Of a DNA stretch of 64,000 bases, positions 27,568 through 39,073 are shown piece after piece (positions within the stretch are counted from its first letter, which is position 1; every line of letters begins with the position of its first letter). Location: IMG/VR virus record IMGVR_UViG_2721755344_000002, positions 32,001 through 96,000 of that record; one strand, 5' to 3'. The stretch is from a virus (taxonomy: Duplodnaviria > Caudoviricetes). A model generated the notes under the pieces. The model had not been told where the DNA came from and ran no database searches. It worked only from the letters and a program-made list of their open reading frames with translations. The position numbers and the translations under genes were made by a program.

Positions 27568-30138
27568 TTAAACGAACTCGAAAGTGAACTCTCCGCCTGT
27601 ACTGGCTATAAGAGCTATTGCATTTGCTAAAACTATATCGTCAGGTGATTTAGAACCGCCTGTTTTCATCTTAGCTAAATAGGAAAATCTTTTGGCCTGT
27701 TCAATAAATCTCTTACTTTGAATTACCATCTCATCCATTCTAATAGCTTTGTCAAGCAAGTCGATCATTTGGGGTCTTGATAAATTCGATGTCAACCAAC
27801 CCATCTTTCTATCAGGTCCCACATAAATATTAGGATAAGCTGGATAGGCTACCGCTCCCCTTCTTACTATTCCATTTGCCAAATTCAGAATTACAGCGTG
27901 ACCGTGATTGTTTCTTTCCACAGCAAGTACCGCATTATTATATGCCTTACCAAGCCTCCATAATTTCTCACTAAATATATCAGGGGTCCACCTTCCCACC
28001 AATAAACCTACCTGTTCTATAGGAAGAGGAAAAGTCCTTAATACCATAGCTGCTGAATAATCTGAGTGCGGATCTCCTTCTGCAACATCTGCTCCCACCA
28101 CATATTTAGCCCCAGGTTGAGCCATTCTGTAAACATACATATCTCCGCCTAGCCATATCTCTGCTGGAAACTGCTCTACTAAATTCTTATCTATTTGATT
28201 TAACTTAATATTATCAAATACTGGAGTTCCTGACTTTAGAAAGACTTCTTCATCGTCGTCCTCGGGGTATTCCTGAACAAACTTAGCCCCCATCCTGAAC
28301 TTCTTTTCCCTCCGCCAAGCTAACTGTTCAACAGTTAATCCAAACCTTTCTATTAATGCGACCTCTTCTTCATCCAAACTCGTAAGTATCTCTGACTTTT
28401 GCTCTTCTGTCAAATCGGTAATTTTATATTCTGAGTGCTTGTGCCACACAAAGTAGTGCCCAAAATACTCGTTTTTAACCCTTCGTTTGGGCCTGAATGG
28501 GTTTTTAGCTCCCATGTAATAGTCATAGAAGGGTCCGCCCTCCCCTCGTGCCGTAGACTCTAAAACCACGTGCCCAGTCCGAGGAACCGATTCCAATAAA
28601 CCTATCAAAAAATCCTCCGTAAAGCTGGGAGAGCTCACTTCTGATAAATGAAGGTTATTAATAGTCCTGCCACGCCCAAAGTCCCTAGTTTCTGCCGAGC
28701 CAATAGTTAGAGTTGAATTTATCTTATCAAAATAAAGCTCTAATCTATTCGAGTACTTAACATGAGGCTGAAACACAGGAGCTGGTAATGGTTGACCCGC
28801 TATTGAATCAAACATAAACTTTGAATTATGAATAATCCCGGAAACAGTTCTGTATTGATTATTAGGCTGATTCAATTTATCGTATAATTGCCCTTTATAG
28901 TAAATGCTTTCTATTTTTTTAATCTTTTGATAAATATAATCGTTGGTTTCAATAAAAGAAACCTTCCTACATTTTCTATCTAATTTTGAGTATTTTGCAA
29001 AAGTAGAACCAAACATAGTAAGACTATATAGAGGCTTTTTCCTATTATCTTTACTTTTACGAATACTTGACCAACCATAGCCAAGAGCACATATTATATC
29101 ACGTAATTGATACGCTAACTGCGGTCTGCTACTTCCATAACTATTAGCTTTTCTATTTTTTAGGTTATGCCCATCACCGTCTATTAGCCCTCTCACAAGC
29201 CCTGTACAAAAATCTTTATTTGCATCAAAAATCCAATCTGGAATATACTTCTCATTACCATCAGAGTCTACATAAAAAGTTTCTCGAAAAAATCTACGCC
29301 AAACTTCGCTAAGAAGTTCTACTCTTAAAACATTATTTTTTACTTTTAATTTTACTTTACCTCTTATTTTTACTTCGCAAGTTTCAAAAAATCTTTTGAT
29401 TCTTTCGCCGAATAGCTGCTCTTTTTTATTTAAAGTAAAAATAATATTAGAACCTCTATTCTTATCTTTTTCTACATAACCTTCCGCAAGTAATATTCCA
29501 ACTACCCAACCAAACTCTTCGTTTAAATCTATTTTAGCTTCATTTACCCCGTTATAAAGAAGTTTACGACACATAAGTTCTGTATTAATGAAAATACTCT
29601 TTAATTTTCCTGTAATATTCTTCTTATCAAAAGCAATTCTATCCGATAAAGTTATGTAGCGAGCTTGCTTCCACCCCTTCTCTGTAAGAATTTTATGATC
29701 GGGGGTAACTATAATCGGATGATTTGGATTATTTCGCACCTGAATAGAAATCAAATCTCCATCCCATCGAATAGTAGAAGTACCTGATTCGCTAATTTTC
29801 TTAGGAAAACCGTTTGCTTCCAAAGTTTCAACATCTGGATGCACACAACGCTCAAATAATGCACTCGAGTCTTTCTGTGTATGGCAAACAATAATTGAAA
29901 CAGTATTTGGAACAAATAATGTATCGTGGAGGAACAAACCAAGGATCAAGGTTGAGAACCCGAGCTGCCTCGGTTTCAAGATCACGTCCCTACGTGTTCT
30001 ATTATCATAATATTGATTTTGAGCTTCGTTGAATATAAAAGGAACTACATTTCTATCTTTATCTGTAATAGAAACTAAGCTTTCGATAAAAAACTTCGGG
30101 TCTATTAAAGCACGGTCTCTAAGACTTAAATTTGTCAC
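27568..30138 (-). CDS. terL: terminase large subunit, intein-containing
   Basis: ILKPRQLGFST Walker A, GRGRTINNLHLSE Walker B, LESTARG, QEYP, GADVAEG..DYSA RNase H nuclease, VERNNHG, DDIVLA. Confidence 0.93.
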   Translation of the reverse strand: MTNLSLRDRALIDPKFFIESLVSITDKDRNVVPFIFNEAQNQYYDNRTRRDVILKPRQLGFSTLILGLFLHDTLFVPNTVSIIVCHTQKDSSALFERCVHPDVETLEANGFPKKISESGTSTIRWDGDLISIQVRNNPNHPIIVTPDHKILTEKGWKQARYITLSDRIAFDKKNITGKLKSIFINTELMCRKLLYNGVNEAKIDLNEEFGWVVGILLAEGYVEKDKNRGSNIIFTLNKKEQLFGERIKRFFETCEVKIRGKVKLKVKNNVLRVELLSEVWRRFFRETFYVDSDGNEKYIPDWIFDANKDFCTGLVRGLIDGDGHNLKNRKANSYGSSRPQLAYQLRDIICALGYGWSSIRKSKDNRKKPLYSLTMFGSTFAKYSKLDRKCRKVSFIETNDYIYQKIKKIESIYYKGQLYDKLNQPNNQYRTVSGIIHNSKFMFDSIAGQPLPAPVFQPHVKYSNRLELYFDKINSTLTIGSAETRDFGRGRTINNLHLSEVSSPSFTEDFLIGLLESVPRTGHVVLESTARGEGGPFYDYYMGAKNPFRPKRRVKNEYFGHYFVWHKHSEYKITDLTEEQKSEILTSLDEEEVALIERFGLTVEQLAWRREKKFRMGAKFVQEYPEDDDEEVFLKSGTPVFDNIKLNQIDKNLVEQFPAEIWLGGDMYVYRMAQPGAKYVVGADVAEGDPHSDYSAAMVLRTFPLPIEQVGLLVGRWTPDIFSEKLWRLGKAYNNAVLAVERNNHGHAVILNLANGIVRRGAVAYPAYPNIYVGPDRKMGWLTSNLSRPQMIDLLDKAIRMDEMVIQSKRFIEQAKRFSYLAKMKTGGSKSPDDIVLANAIALIASTGGEFTFEFV
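28825..29847 (-). mobile_element. intein (341 aa) with LAGLIDADG homing endonuclease
   Basis: starts CVHPD (residue 98), block B VTPDHKI, GILLAEG and GLIDGDG LAGLIDADG motifs, ends IIHN followed by Ser. Confidence 0.92.
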
Positions 30139-30245
30139 ATATGTCCTTTTTAATTTTTACATTTTTCATCTCCTTCATACAATCATTTGACATTCGGTAA
30201 TTGAAAAGGGCATAATTTACCCTATTGGAATACAAAATGTAAATC

Positions 30246-30596
30246 TTATGCCTTTTCTAGATCTCGGCCCGCCTGGTCACCGAGAACAATGTTGCTTTCT
30301 TGAGCAACCATTTCTTGAGCAGGTTCCCTTGTTTCTTTTGTTTTATATGCTGAAGTTGTCCCTGTACCAACCAAACTAAAAAACATTATAAGTGCAGGAA
30401 TCAACTGAAGCAGGATTATAATAGCCCCAAGAATTAAGAATATCCAAAGAGCCGTCCCGCCTTCTGAAAGGTCCCTCATCCTTAATCCCGACTTCGCTCC
30501 TGGATAGGTAGAAAACCAGAAGAATACAAAAGTCGCCACTGTTAAGATTAAAGACCATCTCCTCATTTTCTCACACGTGCTTGTTTTTACTCTCAT
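30246..30596 (-). CDS. membrane protein
   Basis: two hydrophobic segments, GGAGG RBS. Confidence 0.65.
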   Translation of the reverse strand: MRVKTSTCEKMRRWSLILTVATFVFFWFSTYPGAKSGLRMRDLSEGGTALWIFLILGAIIILLQLIPALIMFFSLVGTGTTSAYKTKETREPAQEMVAQESNIVLGDQAGRDLEKA

Positions 30597-30648
30597 TTTA
30601 GTTACCTCCTTATTTATTCATTTAAGTATTTTGTCCAACTTATTCAAA

Positions 30649-30766
30649 GACCGACGGGAGGGACTCGAACCCTCACGATCCCCTGCAAATCTTGGGTGAA
30701 TTTATCGGTTTTACCAGCAGTTGATCTATCCCATCATTTAGCGTCTACATTTCGCCACCGTCGGTC
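30649..30766 (-). ncRNA. tRNA-like RNA with Leu/Ser-type D arm and an expanded central region
   Basis: 9-bp stem GACCGACGG/CCGTCGGTC, GTGGCGAAATGTAGACGC, GAGGG-TTCGAGT-CCCTC; about 66 nt between D and T arms. Confidence 0.6.
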
Positions 30767-31014
30767 TCCGATTTATTTTTTTTCTTAAGCCTCTTGTCTA
30801 ATCTATCCAAATCCACAACAGGCAAATTAAGAGCTTGCCTCATATATTCTAAATCGTTTTTCAATCCTTTCAATGTATCACCCCAAGGCCCACAAGCATC
30901 AACAGTCCACGCTGTAACTACTTTGCTGTTTTTCCCCAAATAATAACATTCATGGATTGTAAAATACGATTCACCTTCAATCAGGCGTTTGCAAACTCTA
31001 TAGTTCCAACTCAT

Positions 31015-31356
31015 CTAGCTACCAATATAGACCTGGCATCCATTCTGCGGGACTGGCACAAAGTACAGAATGACACCATTAATACGCCAAGTTATGTAGG
31101 CGTTACGTCCATCCTTGTATAGGAAAACATATCCTGTTGGCATATCTATATTATCAGGTGAAGTCAAAAGCCTAATAGCTATACCATCTAGTGTGCCACC
31201 AATATAGATCACAATAATCTTATAAGCTCCCTGGTTAAAACTGAATACCTGCTGTCCAGCTACAAACTCACCATACAAACTACCAGGAGGAGCAGCTGCC
31301 GATATATTAGGTAATAGCAACGCCCCTAATAATAACAACACAAGTAATTTTTTCAT
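31015..31356 (-). CDS. secreted hypothetical protein
   Basis: MKKLLVLLLLGALLLPNISAA signal peptide. Confidence 0.65.
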   Translation of the reverse strand: MKKLLVLLLLGALLLPNISAAAPPGSLYGEFVAGQQVFSFNQGAYKIIVIYIGGTLDGIAIRLLTSPDNIDMPTGYVFLYKDGRNAYITWRINGVILYFVPVPQNGCQVYIGS

Positions 31357-31712
31357 TGATTCTGCACCCCCAAGTTCTTAGGACCAATAGGCGGTGTAGC
31401 ATCAAGATTGTAAGCATAGTTAGCCGGATCGCTATCCAAGCTCTCATTATTGTTAGTGTCCACAGCAGTCAGCACGAAGGACAATATTCCCGAACTGCCA
31501 TCGGGAACCGTCACTGTAAAGAGATAGAAAGTTGTTGGATGCGGAATAGTACCAATCAAGCTACGGGTTCCATCACTCCTATACAACCTATACTCCTTCA
31601 TATCTGGTTCTGTATTAGCTGTCCAAGTTGCCTTAAGGTTTAGTGTCGCCGCTCCTGCTGTACTGGCTATAAACAATAGCCCCAAAATAAAACAGAAAAT
31701 CCCTTTTTTCAT
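31353..31712 (-). CDS. secreted fibronectin type III-like domain protein
   Basis: signal peptide; W.ANTEPD...YRLYR...FVLTAVD..NES.S pattern; start at MKKGIF with GGAG RBS. Confidence 0.75.
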   Translation of the reverse strand: MKKGIFCFILGLLFIASTAGAATLNLKATWTANTEPDMKEYRLYRSDGTRSLIGTIPHPTTFYLFTVTVPDGSSGILSFVLTAVDTNNNESLDSDPANYAYNLDATPPIGPKNLGVQNQ

Positions 31713-31737
31713 GCTACTCCTTTCTATTAATACAATT

Positions 31738-31932
31738 CTACCTAACCTGGCATCCCCATACAGGATAATGATAATAGGAATACGGATAGGAATACGGATA
31801 AGGTTGAACCACAACTGGAGGAGGAACTACTACCACCCCTCCGTGCCTATGATGCCGAGCACTTGTTTGGGTTGCTAAACTTGGCAAAATAATTAATGCT
31901 GCAAAAACCAACAGTATAATAATTTTCTTCAT
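31738..31932 (-). CDS. small secreted Pro/Tyr-rich protein
   Basis: signal peptide, VVVVPPPVVV, YPYSYPYSYY. Confidence 0.55.
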   Translation of the reverse strand: MKKIIILLVFAALIILPSLATQTSARHHRHGGVVVVPPPVVVQPYPYSYPYSYYHYPVWGCQVR

Positions 31933-32259
31933 AACTTTCCTCCTTTTTTAGTTGTTTGTTTTCTGTCATCCACAATCTTAATTCCTCGCTCTTCTGCCAT
32001 TTTCACTACGGCATCCACCATCTGATCTATGCTCATTTCCTTACCAAATACGAATCTGGTCTTCCCCTTCAATTTCTTCTTCATACTATCCTCCTATTTT
32101 TTTTCTTCGTTTCTCAATACTTCCTTTAAATATTTCTTTAAAATTTCTTCATCCTCACAAATCTCGTCTAATGTTCTTGTATCATAAGAGCAACCATTTA
32201 ACAAGCTATAATATTCACATTCGCAACATTTACATTCGCAAACCATTCAGAACTCCTAT

Positions 32260-32748
32260 CTAACCTCCCACACCTATTTCTGTCTTTGCTCGAACATCCC
32301 AAATTGCTTCCTCGCCTGTAGCTTTCGCTATTGACATAGCTCTAGTTTGATCCCTATCATTAAACGAAACATCTAAAAAAATCTTTCCTTCAGCACTTAT
32401 CCAACCACCATAAAATCTTTCATCCTTCTCCCTAACAAACGCCCGCTGTTTTTTAAACCAATTATAAATATCAGACCTACTTGAACCACTTTGAATTATT
32501 TCCCCATGCCCCTTAATACCAACCATAAAACCAGTTCTGGGAACGTGTTTACCCCAGGGCCTCCAACTAAAACCTTCCTTCTTCTTCTCCAACTTCGTCA
32601 TTAACTTCCCAATATCGCCCCTTGTTAGTCGCTGTTGAGTGTAAGCATTTACCATCTTTCCCCGCCTCATATAGCTCCTAATATTCACAGTAGCTTTTTG
32701 CAAGGAATCCCATTCCTTATCTATTGTAGTAACAAAAAACCTAGTCAT
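32260..32748 (-). CDS. hypothetical phage protein
   Basis: 162 aa; VNIRSYMRRGKMVNAY basic motif; GGW..G.IFLDVS...AIWD motif. Confidence 0.7.
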   Translation of the reverse strand: MTRFFVTTIDKEWDSLQKATVNIRSYMRRGKMVNAYTQQRLTRGDIGKLMTKLEKKKEGFSWRPWGKHVPRTGFMVGIKGHGEIIQSGSSRSDIYNWFKKQRAFVREKDERFYGGWISAEGKIFLDVSFNDRDQTRAMSIAKATGEEAIWDVRAKTEIGVGG

Positions 32749-35700
32749 CTTATCCTCTTCCCCTTTTACATATTTTTATTATCCGATAAATTTGTTTCTC
32801 AACCCAATCTTTTGGACCCGTAACCTCTGCTTCTACATCTCCAATTTTTATTCTTATACTATAAATTTGCATAGCAACCTCATTACTCTTCCGTAAACGA
32901 AGCTTCCACATCCCACTCTATAACTGGCTTACTACCAACTACAATAATCCGATGCCAATGAGGGTAAGATAACTTTAGCCCGCAACCCATCAACTCTGGT
33001 TCTTCGCACGGTTGACTAACTGCGTTACAAAATATAACCCCTCCTTCCCAACCTGCAATTCCGTCCCTTACAGGTGGACAATGTTCTCTTTTTACAAAGA
33101 CTCCGCCAGAGGCAAAATGATCATTCGGTGGTTCGGGTTTCATCTTTTTCTCCTTTATATTTTAGTTTTAACTTCTAAGCCATCCCAACCAGTAATTCTA
33201 GTATTCTCAGGTTTAGTTATTGACAACCTTTTCAGTATCTTCCCCTCTTTAGAAAGAAGTATAGCCATACCTCTCATCTGAACAACCCGAACCTTGACCC
33301 CCTCTCTGTCATAGCAAAAGCCGGTCATTACCAAAATCCCGGTAATAACAATATTACTATCAGTGGTTTTCATACCTTTGTAAAATTCAAAATTTATAAC
33401 AAAATGGTCAAGTGTATATCCCCAGTCTTTTCTGACTCCATCTTCCCAATCATGGATAACTTCACTAGTCTTCGAGATATCTTTATAGTACTTTTGTACA
33501 GTATCCACATAACTGTCGTACTCACCTGCAAAACAAATAGTAGCTAAAAAAATTGAAAGTATGATCAAACTCTTTCTTAACATCTAGTCTCCTTCTGAGA
33601 AATCCATGTCTAAAATTGCCTTGCAATGGCAACAAACTTTTTTCCATTTACCATTTTCCCACGCTGTGCCTAACTCTATTCGATAAACGCTATGGTCACA
33701 AGCTGTTCCCGATACCCTATTTGCGGGTGGATTTATGTAATAAATAAATTTAGTCATTACTCCTTTTCTCCTCTGAGACTATCGTCCACTTAATACTCTG
33801 ATTATCAATATTGGCTGGAGCATAGTCTGTTCTCCACCAATTAGCCTCATTAAACTTTAATAACCTCCCTATCCTATCCGTTAATTTAGGATCGGTAGTC
33901 CTCTTTACTATTCCGTAATACGAAAAACTATCATGTCTAGAGTTCTCGCAATCTATTATTGCAACCAGATGAAAATGAGTCTTGTCCCATCCGCTACTCA
34001 ATACTACCTCATCCCCAATTTTAAACTTAGGGAATTTCACTTTTTTATCTTTGCGGGCTTTCTTATATCTCATTTCTTCTTCGAGTTTAGCTTTCTTGCG
34101 AACATCTCTAAACTTATCATACTCCCAATCCTTTTTGATTCCTAAAGTTTTATCTGTTTTAGGTGCTGTTTGCATTTTCTCTCCTTACGGACAATAGGCT
34201 TTTCTTCACTTTCACTATTATCATAAAAACTATTAACAGCAATAATGTTGGGAATACTAACTGCATTTCTCGAATTAAGTATATCGTGCAAGTCCAGCTC
34301 TCCGCCCCATTTATCTCTTATACTATTAAACACTCTCGCAAGTTTTCCCTTCAAAATAACTACGACCCCTTCGTAACCTACATACACTCCATCGGGAATA
34401 TCTACGTTATCCCCAACTCTGAAAGATTTCAACTCGCAATTCCCCAACTTCAACTGAACGCATTCTCTTCCGTAACAATTATAGACTCCCATTATTTTAC
34501 CTTTATCCTCTCTGCTGTAACTGAACTCCTAATAGACTCCTTTTGCTTCACTTCAACTATTCCGGATAGGTAATCCTTCTTAGACACTTCTGGAAATCCT
34601 CTCTTCTTTGCTACCCAATAACTCAGACCTGAGTATCCGTAAGTCTGGAACAATCTTACTACTTCTGGAATATCTTTCTTATTTACCGGCTCGCAATCAG
34701 CTCCATAATAGAAAGTATCATTCATATTCAACATAAACGTACCTTTGTGAATCCATCCTGCCCCCGAGGATAATAGAAAAATAAAATCATCGCTCACCAT
34801 AGTCTTATCTATCCGAGCAATGAGTTTGGCTAGCTTCATTACAGCGTCATTCCAACCGTCCTGACGTGGCGTTCTTTTAGTTTCTTTACCTTTACAGTCG
34901 ATAGTAGCTTTCGGATAAATTCCTAAACTATACGAAACTTCCTTGATAAACAATAGACCTAACTTCTTCCCAACACTTTTGTTGTTGCACATTTTGCATA
35001 TTATACTCTCGTCTTTTTTCATACATACCCCCACTAAATTATATAAACTCGCACTTTACGAATCTCGCAATAGCCACAAAGTAATATTCATACCTATGAT
35101 AATTCCAGCACAAAATATAATAAAAGCAACAATAACTTCCATTCTCAACCTGCATTGAAACTTGCACAAATAATTTGACCAATCTTTATGTGATCTTCTG
35201 CAGTTCCAATTAGTTCAACTTTAACATCTTTTATATTATTTACCCAACAATCATTATGTTTTTCTTTCTCTTCGTGGTCTGCACATTGAAACCACCACGC
35301 TCCATCGTGCCATAAACGAAATCCAGATGGATCAATCTTTACAGCCTCTTTTTCTGACTCTGCGCAAACGACAGCTCCCGAGTATGTATCATAGTCGCTA
35401 GCCTCTTGCGAAATTTTATATAGCATTTTCTTTACTTTTTTCATTCTTCTTATTTAATACAGTACGACCCAATCGTATTTAGTATCATTGCCACAATGAG
35501 GACACCAACGGAAATCCTTATCTATCTTCTGACCACACAATCCACATACTTTATTTTGCTTTTTCTTCATTTTGATCCTCTATGAACTTCTCATTTAATT
35601 TATCTATGACTTTCTGTAATTCATAAGAATCACCGTAAAGCCAAACATTACCAATATCTTTCTTGTCCCACAAAATTTTTACTGCTGTCCCATATTGGTT

Positions 35701-36274
35701 AACTCCTCTTATTTGAAATGAGTGATCAAACACTATTTTAATCATTTTCTGCCCTTCCTCGGAAATAGTCATTATTCCCTACTCATAAATAAATTAACAG
35801 CCTTATCAAACATATTCTTATCTACAAAGAATAAAAATCCGTTGTCGAGCTCTAGCCATCCCTTAATTTTATCATACTCCATCAAAGCTGGCTCTCTCAA
35901 TCTTAATTTATTTCTTGCTATTTGATTTATCCTTCGCTTTACATCCTCTTCATCTTCTTCTCCGCAAATATAATAAACTTGCTTGCCATTAAATACTGAA
36001 TACTGAATATTCATCTCGCCTGCAATTAAATATGGATTCTTGGAAATTTGCTCCAATGCTTCGGGAACAGCTCCCCACTCAAACTCCGCACTACCCATAT
36101 AGTCAAAGCTCCAAATTTTTACTAGCTTCTGCATTAGCTCCTCGACTATACCGCCGTTCGGTAATCCTCCACCAAAACTAAACGGATTAGCGGTTTCTAA
36201 AGGAGATATAAGTCTTTGAAGTAGATAAGTTTTTTCCATCATAATTTTTCCTCCTAAAAAATTTGTTATCTCTT

Positions 36275-36454
36275 TTATTCGTCATTTAGCCTAATCATTC
36301 TAAAATGCCGTTTTTTTTCGATTCTTTTAGAAAATCTTTCCAATTCTTCTAAATTATTTTTTAGAGAATATGGGGAAAAGTTTTTTGTAAGAAGTACTGA
36401 CTCTAAACAAATTACGCAACGACAATTTTGATGGCTTGGAATACAATCATCCAT
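36275..36454 (-). CDS. 59-aa peptide with P.H.NCRC motif and C-terminal RMIRL (missed by ORF track)
   Basis: manual translation MDDCIPSHQNCRCVICLESV...EKKRHFRMIRLNDE*. Confidence 0.55.
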   Translation of the reverse strand: MDDCIPSHQNCRCVICLESVLLTKNFSPYSLKNNLEELERFSKRIEKKRHFRMIRLNDE

Positions 36455-36910
36455 TATCTCAATCCTATTGATTCATTGGTTTAGGGTATCTGTGAGAGAA
36501 ATTTTCTCCCAATACCCAATATAACGCCCACAATCTTTGCTCTGCTTCTACTTGCAATAATGCCCTCGGCGCATTTGTCCAAATATCTGCACAACCACCT
36601 TCGTAGAGGACATGGTGATAATTATCTTTAAGCTCATCTATTTTTCCCCTAATTTCTTTTTCTGTTTTCATATTTCCTCCAATCTACAACCAGTTAGTTT
36701 CTCTGACAAGGAACATAAACAAGGTGCCATCTTGCAAACAGCACAACTCATTTTAACCTCCTCTTCTTGTTTCCTCTTCACGGATTCCCAACAATATACC
36801 CACACTAATAGAATTCAGTACGAGAAAAACCCACCATCTCCAATCGGACATCCCCGTCTGATAAAGAACACTTAGTAAAGTTGCTACGAAGCAGCCATAT
36901 GCCAAATTTT

Positions 36911-37579
36911 TCATAGTCTTATTAACCTCTTTCTCACTCTTAAATTTTCTATCGTCTCATCTTTATAAAACGAAGGAAGTCCACAATTATATAATTTGTT
37001 AAATTTCTCACAATGCCATAAATCGTAAAATTCTTTGCTCCACTTTCCTAACCATGATATGTATTTGCCTACTCTAAAAACATTGCCAGCAAATTTAGTA
37101 TTACCTCCAAATTCAGCATAAATCCATCTCATCCCGTCCCAAATCCTAAATCTAGGTTTAAATCCATTTTTAGGAAATGCACGCAAAAAGAAATCATTTC
37201 TTTTTTCAGTACACTTTACATATCTTGGATCCACTCCAGGTATTGTTTCCATTATCGAAATACATTGAGATCCAGTTCCAACAAACTCACTCAATACCCA
37301 AAAACGAAAAGGAGAGCTTTCTATAATCATATATCCCATATTCCTAAAAGAAAGCTCTGTGGTAGTCTGAAGCATGTCCTCCGTACTATCGCAATCCAGT
37401 CCTAAAAGAAAATAGGGTTCATTTCGCCTTGCAAAAATAAAAGTAGAAACAAATCCTCTATAGGTTGCTCCAGTACTTTCGTCTAAAAATTGAGTAATAT
37501 CTACCTCAAAACGACGGGCGTCTTCACCGTATTCCTTGACTTGAGATTCAGGACTAATTGGTTCTAAATAATATCTCAT
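36911..37579 (-). CDS. hypothetical protein ending in RLIRL
   Basis: 222-aa ORF; LDCD acidic motif. Confidence 0.7.
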   Translation of the reverse strand: MRYYLEPISPESQVKEYGEDARRFEVDITQFLDESTGATYRGFVSTFIFARRNEPYFLLGLDCDSTEDMLQTTTELSFRNMGYMIIESSPFRFWVLSEFVGTGSQCISIMETIPGVDPRYVKCTEKRNDFFLRAFPKNGFKPRFRIWDGMRWIYAEFGGNTKFAGNVFRVGKYISWLGKWSKEFYDLWHCEKFNKLYNCGLPSFYKDETIENLRVRKRLIRL

Positions 37580-38724
37580 CTCACATTTTTAAATTTTCTG
37601 GTTTTCTTTGATCTCGAGACGGAATGCACTTTCCGCAAAAAGCATCACAAACGTCATCCCCTCTATACCAGCTATACTGAGTTTTCTTTACAAATACTGA
37701 GTCATCCCCACCAAAAAGCTTTCCGCAAATAACACAAGTTTTATGATCTGGAACTTGCTCTCTTTTAAATTTTCTCCAAACCACTCGGGGATATTTTTTC
37801 ATGGTTTAGACTTTCTCTTCCTTAACATAACCGCAATGACGGCAAACGTATTCCTTACCTTTCGTCTTTGTTTTCCACCTTGGCATTATTTTTTTATCCC
37901 CAAACATGTTCCTAATAACAGATTTACATTTTGGACAAATTGGTTTTTCTTTTTTTCTCATTTTTTTACCTTCCTACTCTTCTGTCCCTTGTGGTTTTTT
38001 TACTCCGCTGTCACTCCAAACGTAAATAACATTTAGAACAATAACCATCAGATAAACAACCACTGCTATTTATAAAAGATTTTGATTTGCTTATCTGCCC
38101 GCATAAAGGACATTTAAATTCTAGAAAACCTGATCCCGCTTTATCTTCGCTTCCTTGAGTATTCCACTTATAGACTTGCTGAGTTATACCGCTCATCTTT
38201 TCCTCCTTATTTTACCTGTTTGTGAGTCCATCTATCCCATCTTGTCTTACAGTCAGGGCATTCCCAATAAGACACACCATCATACCCACCTTGAATCTCA
38301 ATTCCTATCAACCTCGAATAGTGAGTAGCTCCGCTTGGATAGTGTTCCTTGTATTCTTTTGGTATTTTCTTGCCTCTCCAATCTACTTTGCAGACCGGAC
38401 AATGTCTTTTATCGGAAATGGTTTCTTTCATTCTAATCCCCCAAACTATTAAAGAACAAATCCAGTTTTCTATCCTCGAGTTCTGTTTCCAACTCTATTA
38501 GTTTCCTTTTCAACTCTGCATTTTCCGATTCCAACTCCTTAATCCGTGCCTCCAACCTGTCACACTCGGAGAGGAGAAATTCTATTGCGGGAAGCAGTCG
38601 AGATGGACTACCACCAATTTTAGTATGAACGTGATCCAACACTTTACCTATCTCCAACATTTTCTCAATCTCTCCCCTATCCATTTTCTCCTCCTCCATT
38701 TGTGTAGAAGAATTTTCACGCCTT

Positions 38725-39024
38725 TCATAATAACATCAGATGGTAACAAGTTAGTAATATATAAACACTCAAAACAATCATTGTAGCTACCCTCACGGAC
38801 CTAAATCTCTTCCAATAAAAAGCGACCAGTATTCCACCAATCAATCCTATAAAAATTTTAGGAACTGTCCACCAACCCCCTATTTCTTCCATGAGAAAGC
38901 GCATAAGGGGGTTCATTTCGCTACCATACCCTCCTAGATCTACCCAATGCTGAGTAAATAAACAATCAATAAGGTTTAGTACGAATAAAAGCAACCCTAA
39001 AATAAGTCCTATATGTTTCTTCAT
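38725..39024 (-). CDS. DUF5658-like membrane protein
   Basis: LNLIDCLFT...EMNPLM...K...Y...YH pattern. Confidence 0.7.
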   Translation of the reverse strand: MKKHIGLILGLLLFVLNLIDCLFTQHWVDLGGYGSEMNPLMRFLMEEIGGWWTVPKIFIGLIGGILVAFYWKRFRSVRVATMIVLSVYILLTCYHLMLL

Positions 39025-39044
39025 AATTCTCCATCCTTACTACT

Positions 39045-39073
39045 ACTATAACATATTCTTAAATAAAAGTCAA
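39045..39073 (-). promoter_or_regulatory. sigma70-type promoter
   Basis: TTGACT-17-TATAGT with TGn. Confidence 0.65.

Noticed and set aside
31765-31805. ataggaatacgg repeat
   Set aside because: Encodes YPYSYPYSYY in a small secreted protein; an ordinary coding repeat.
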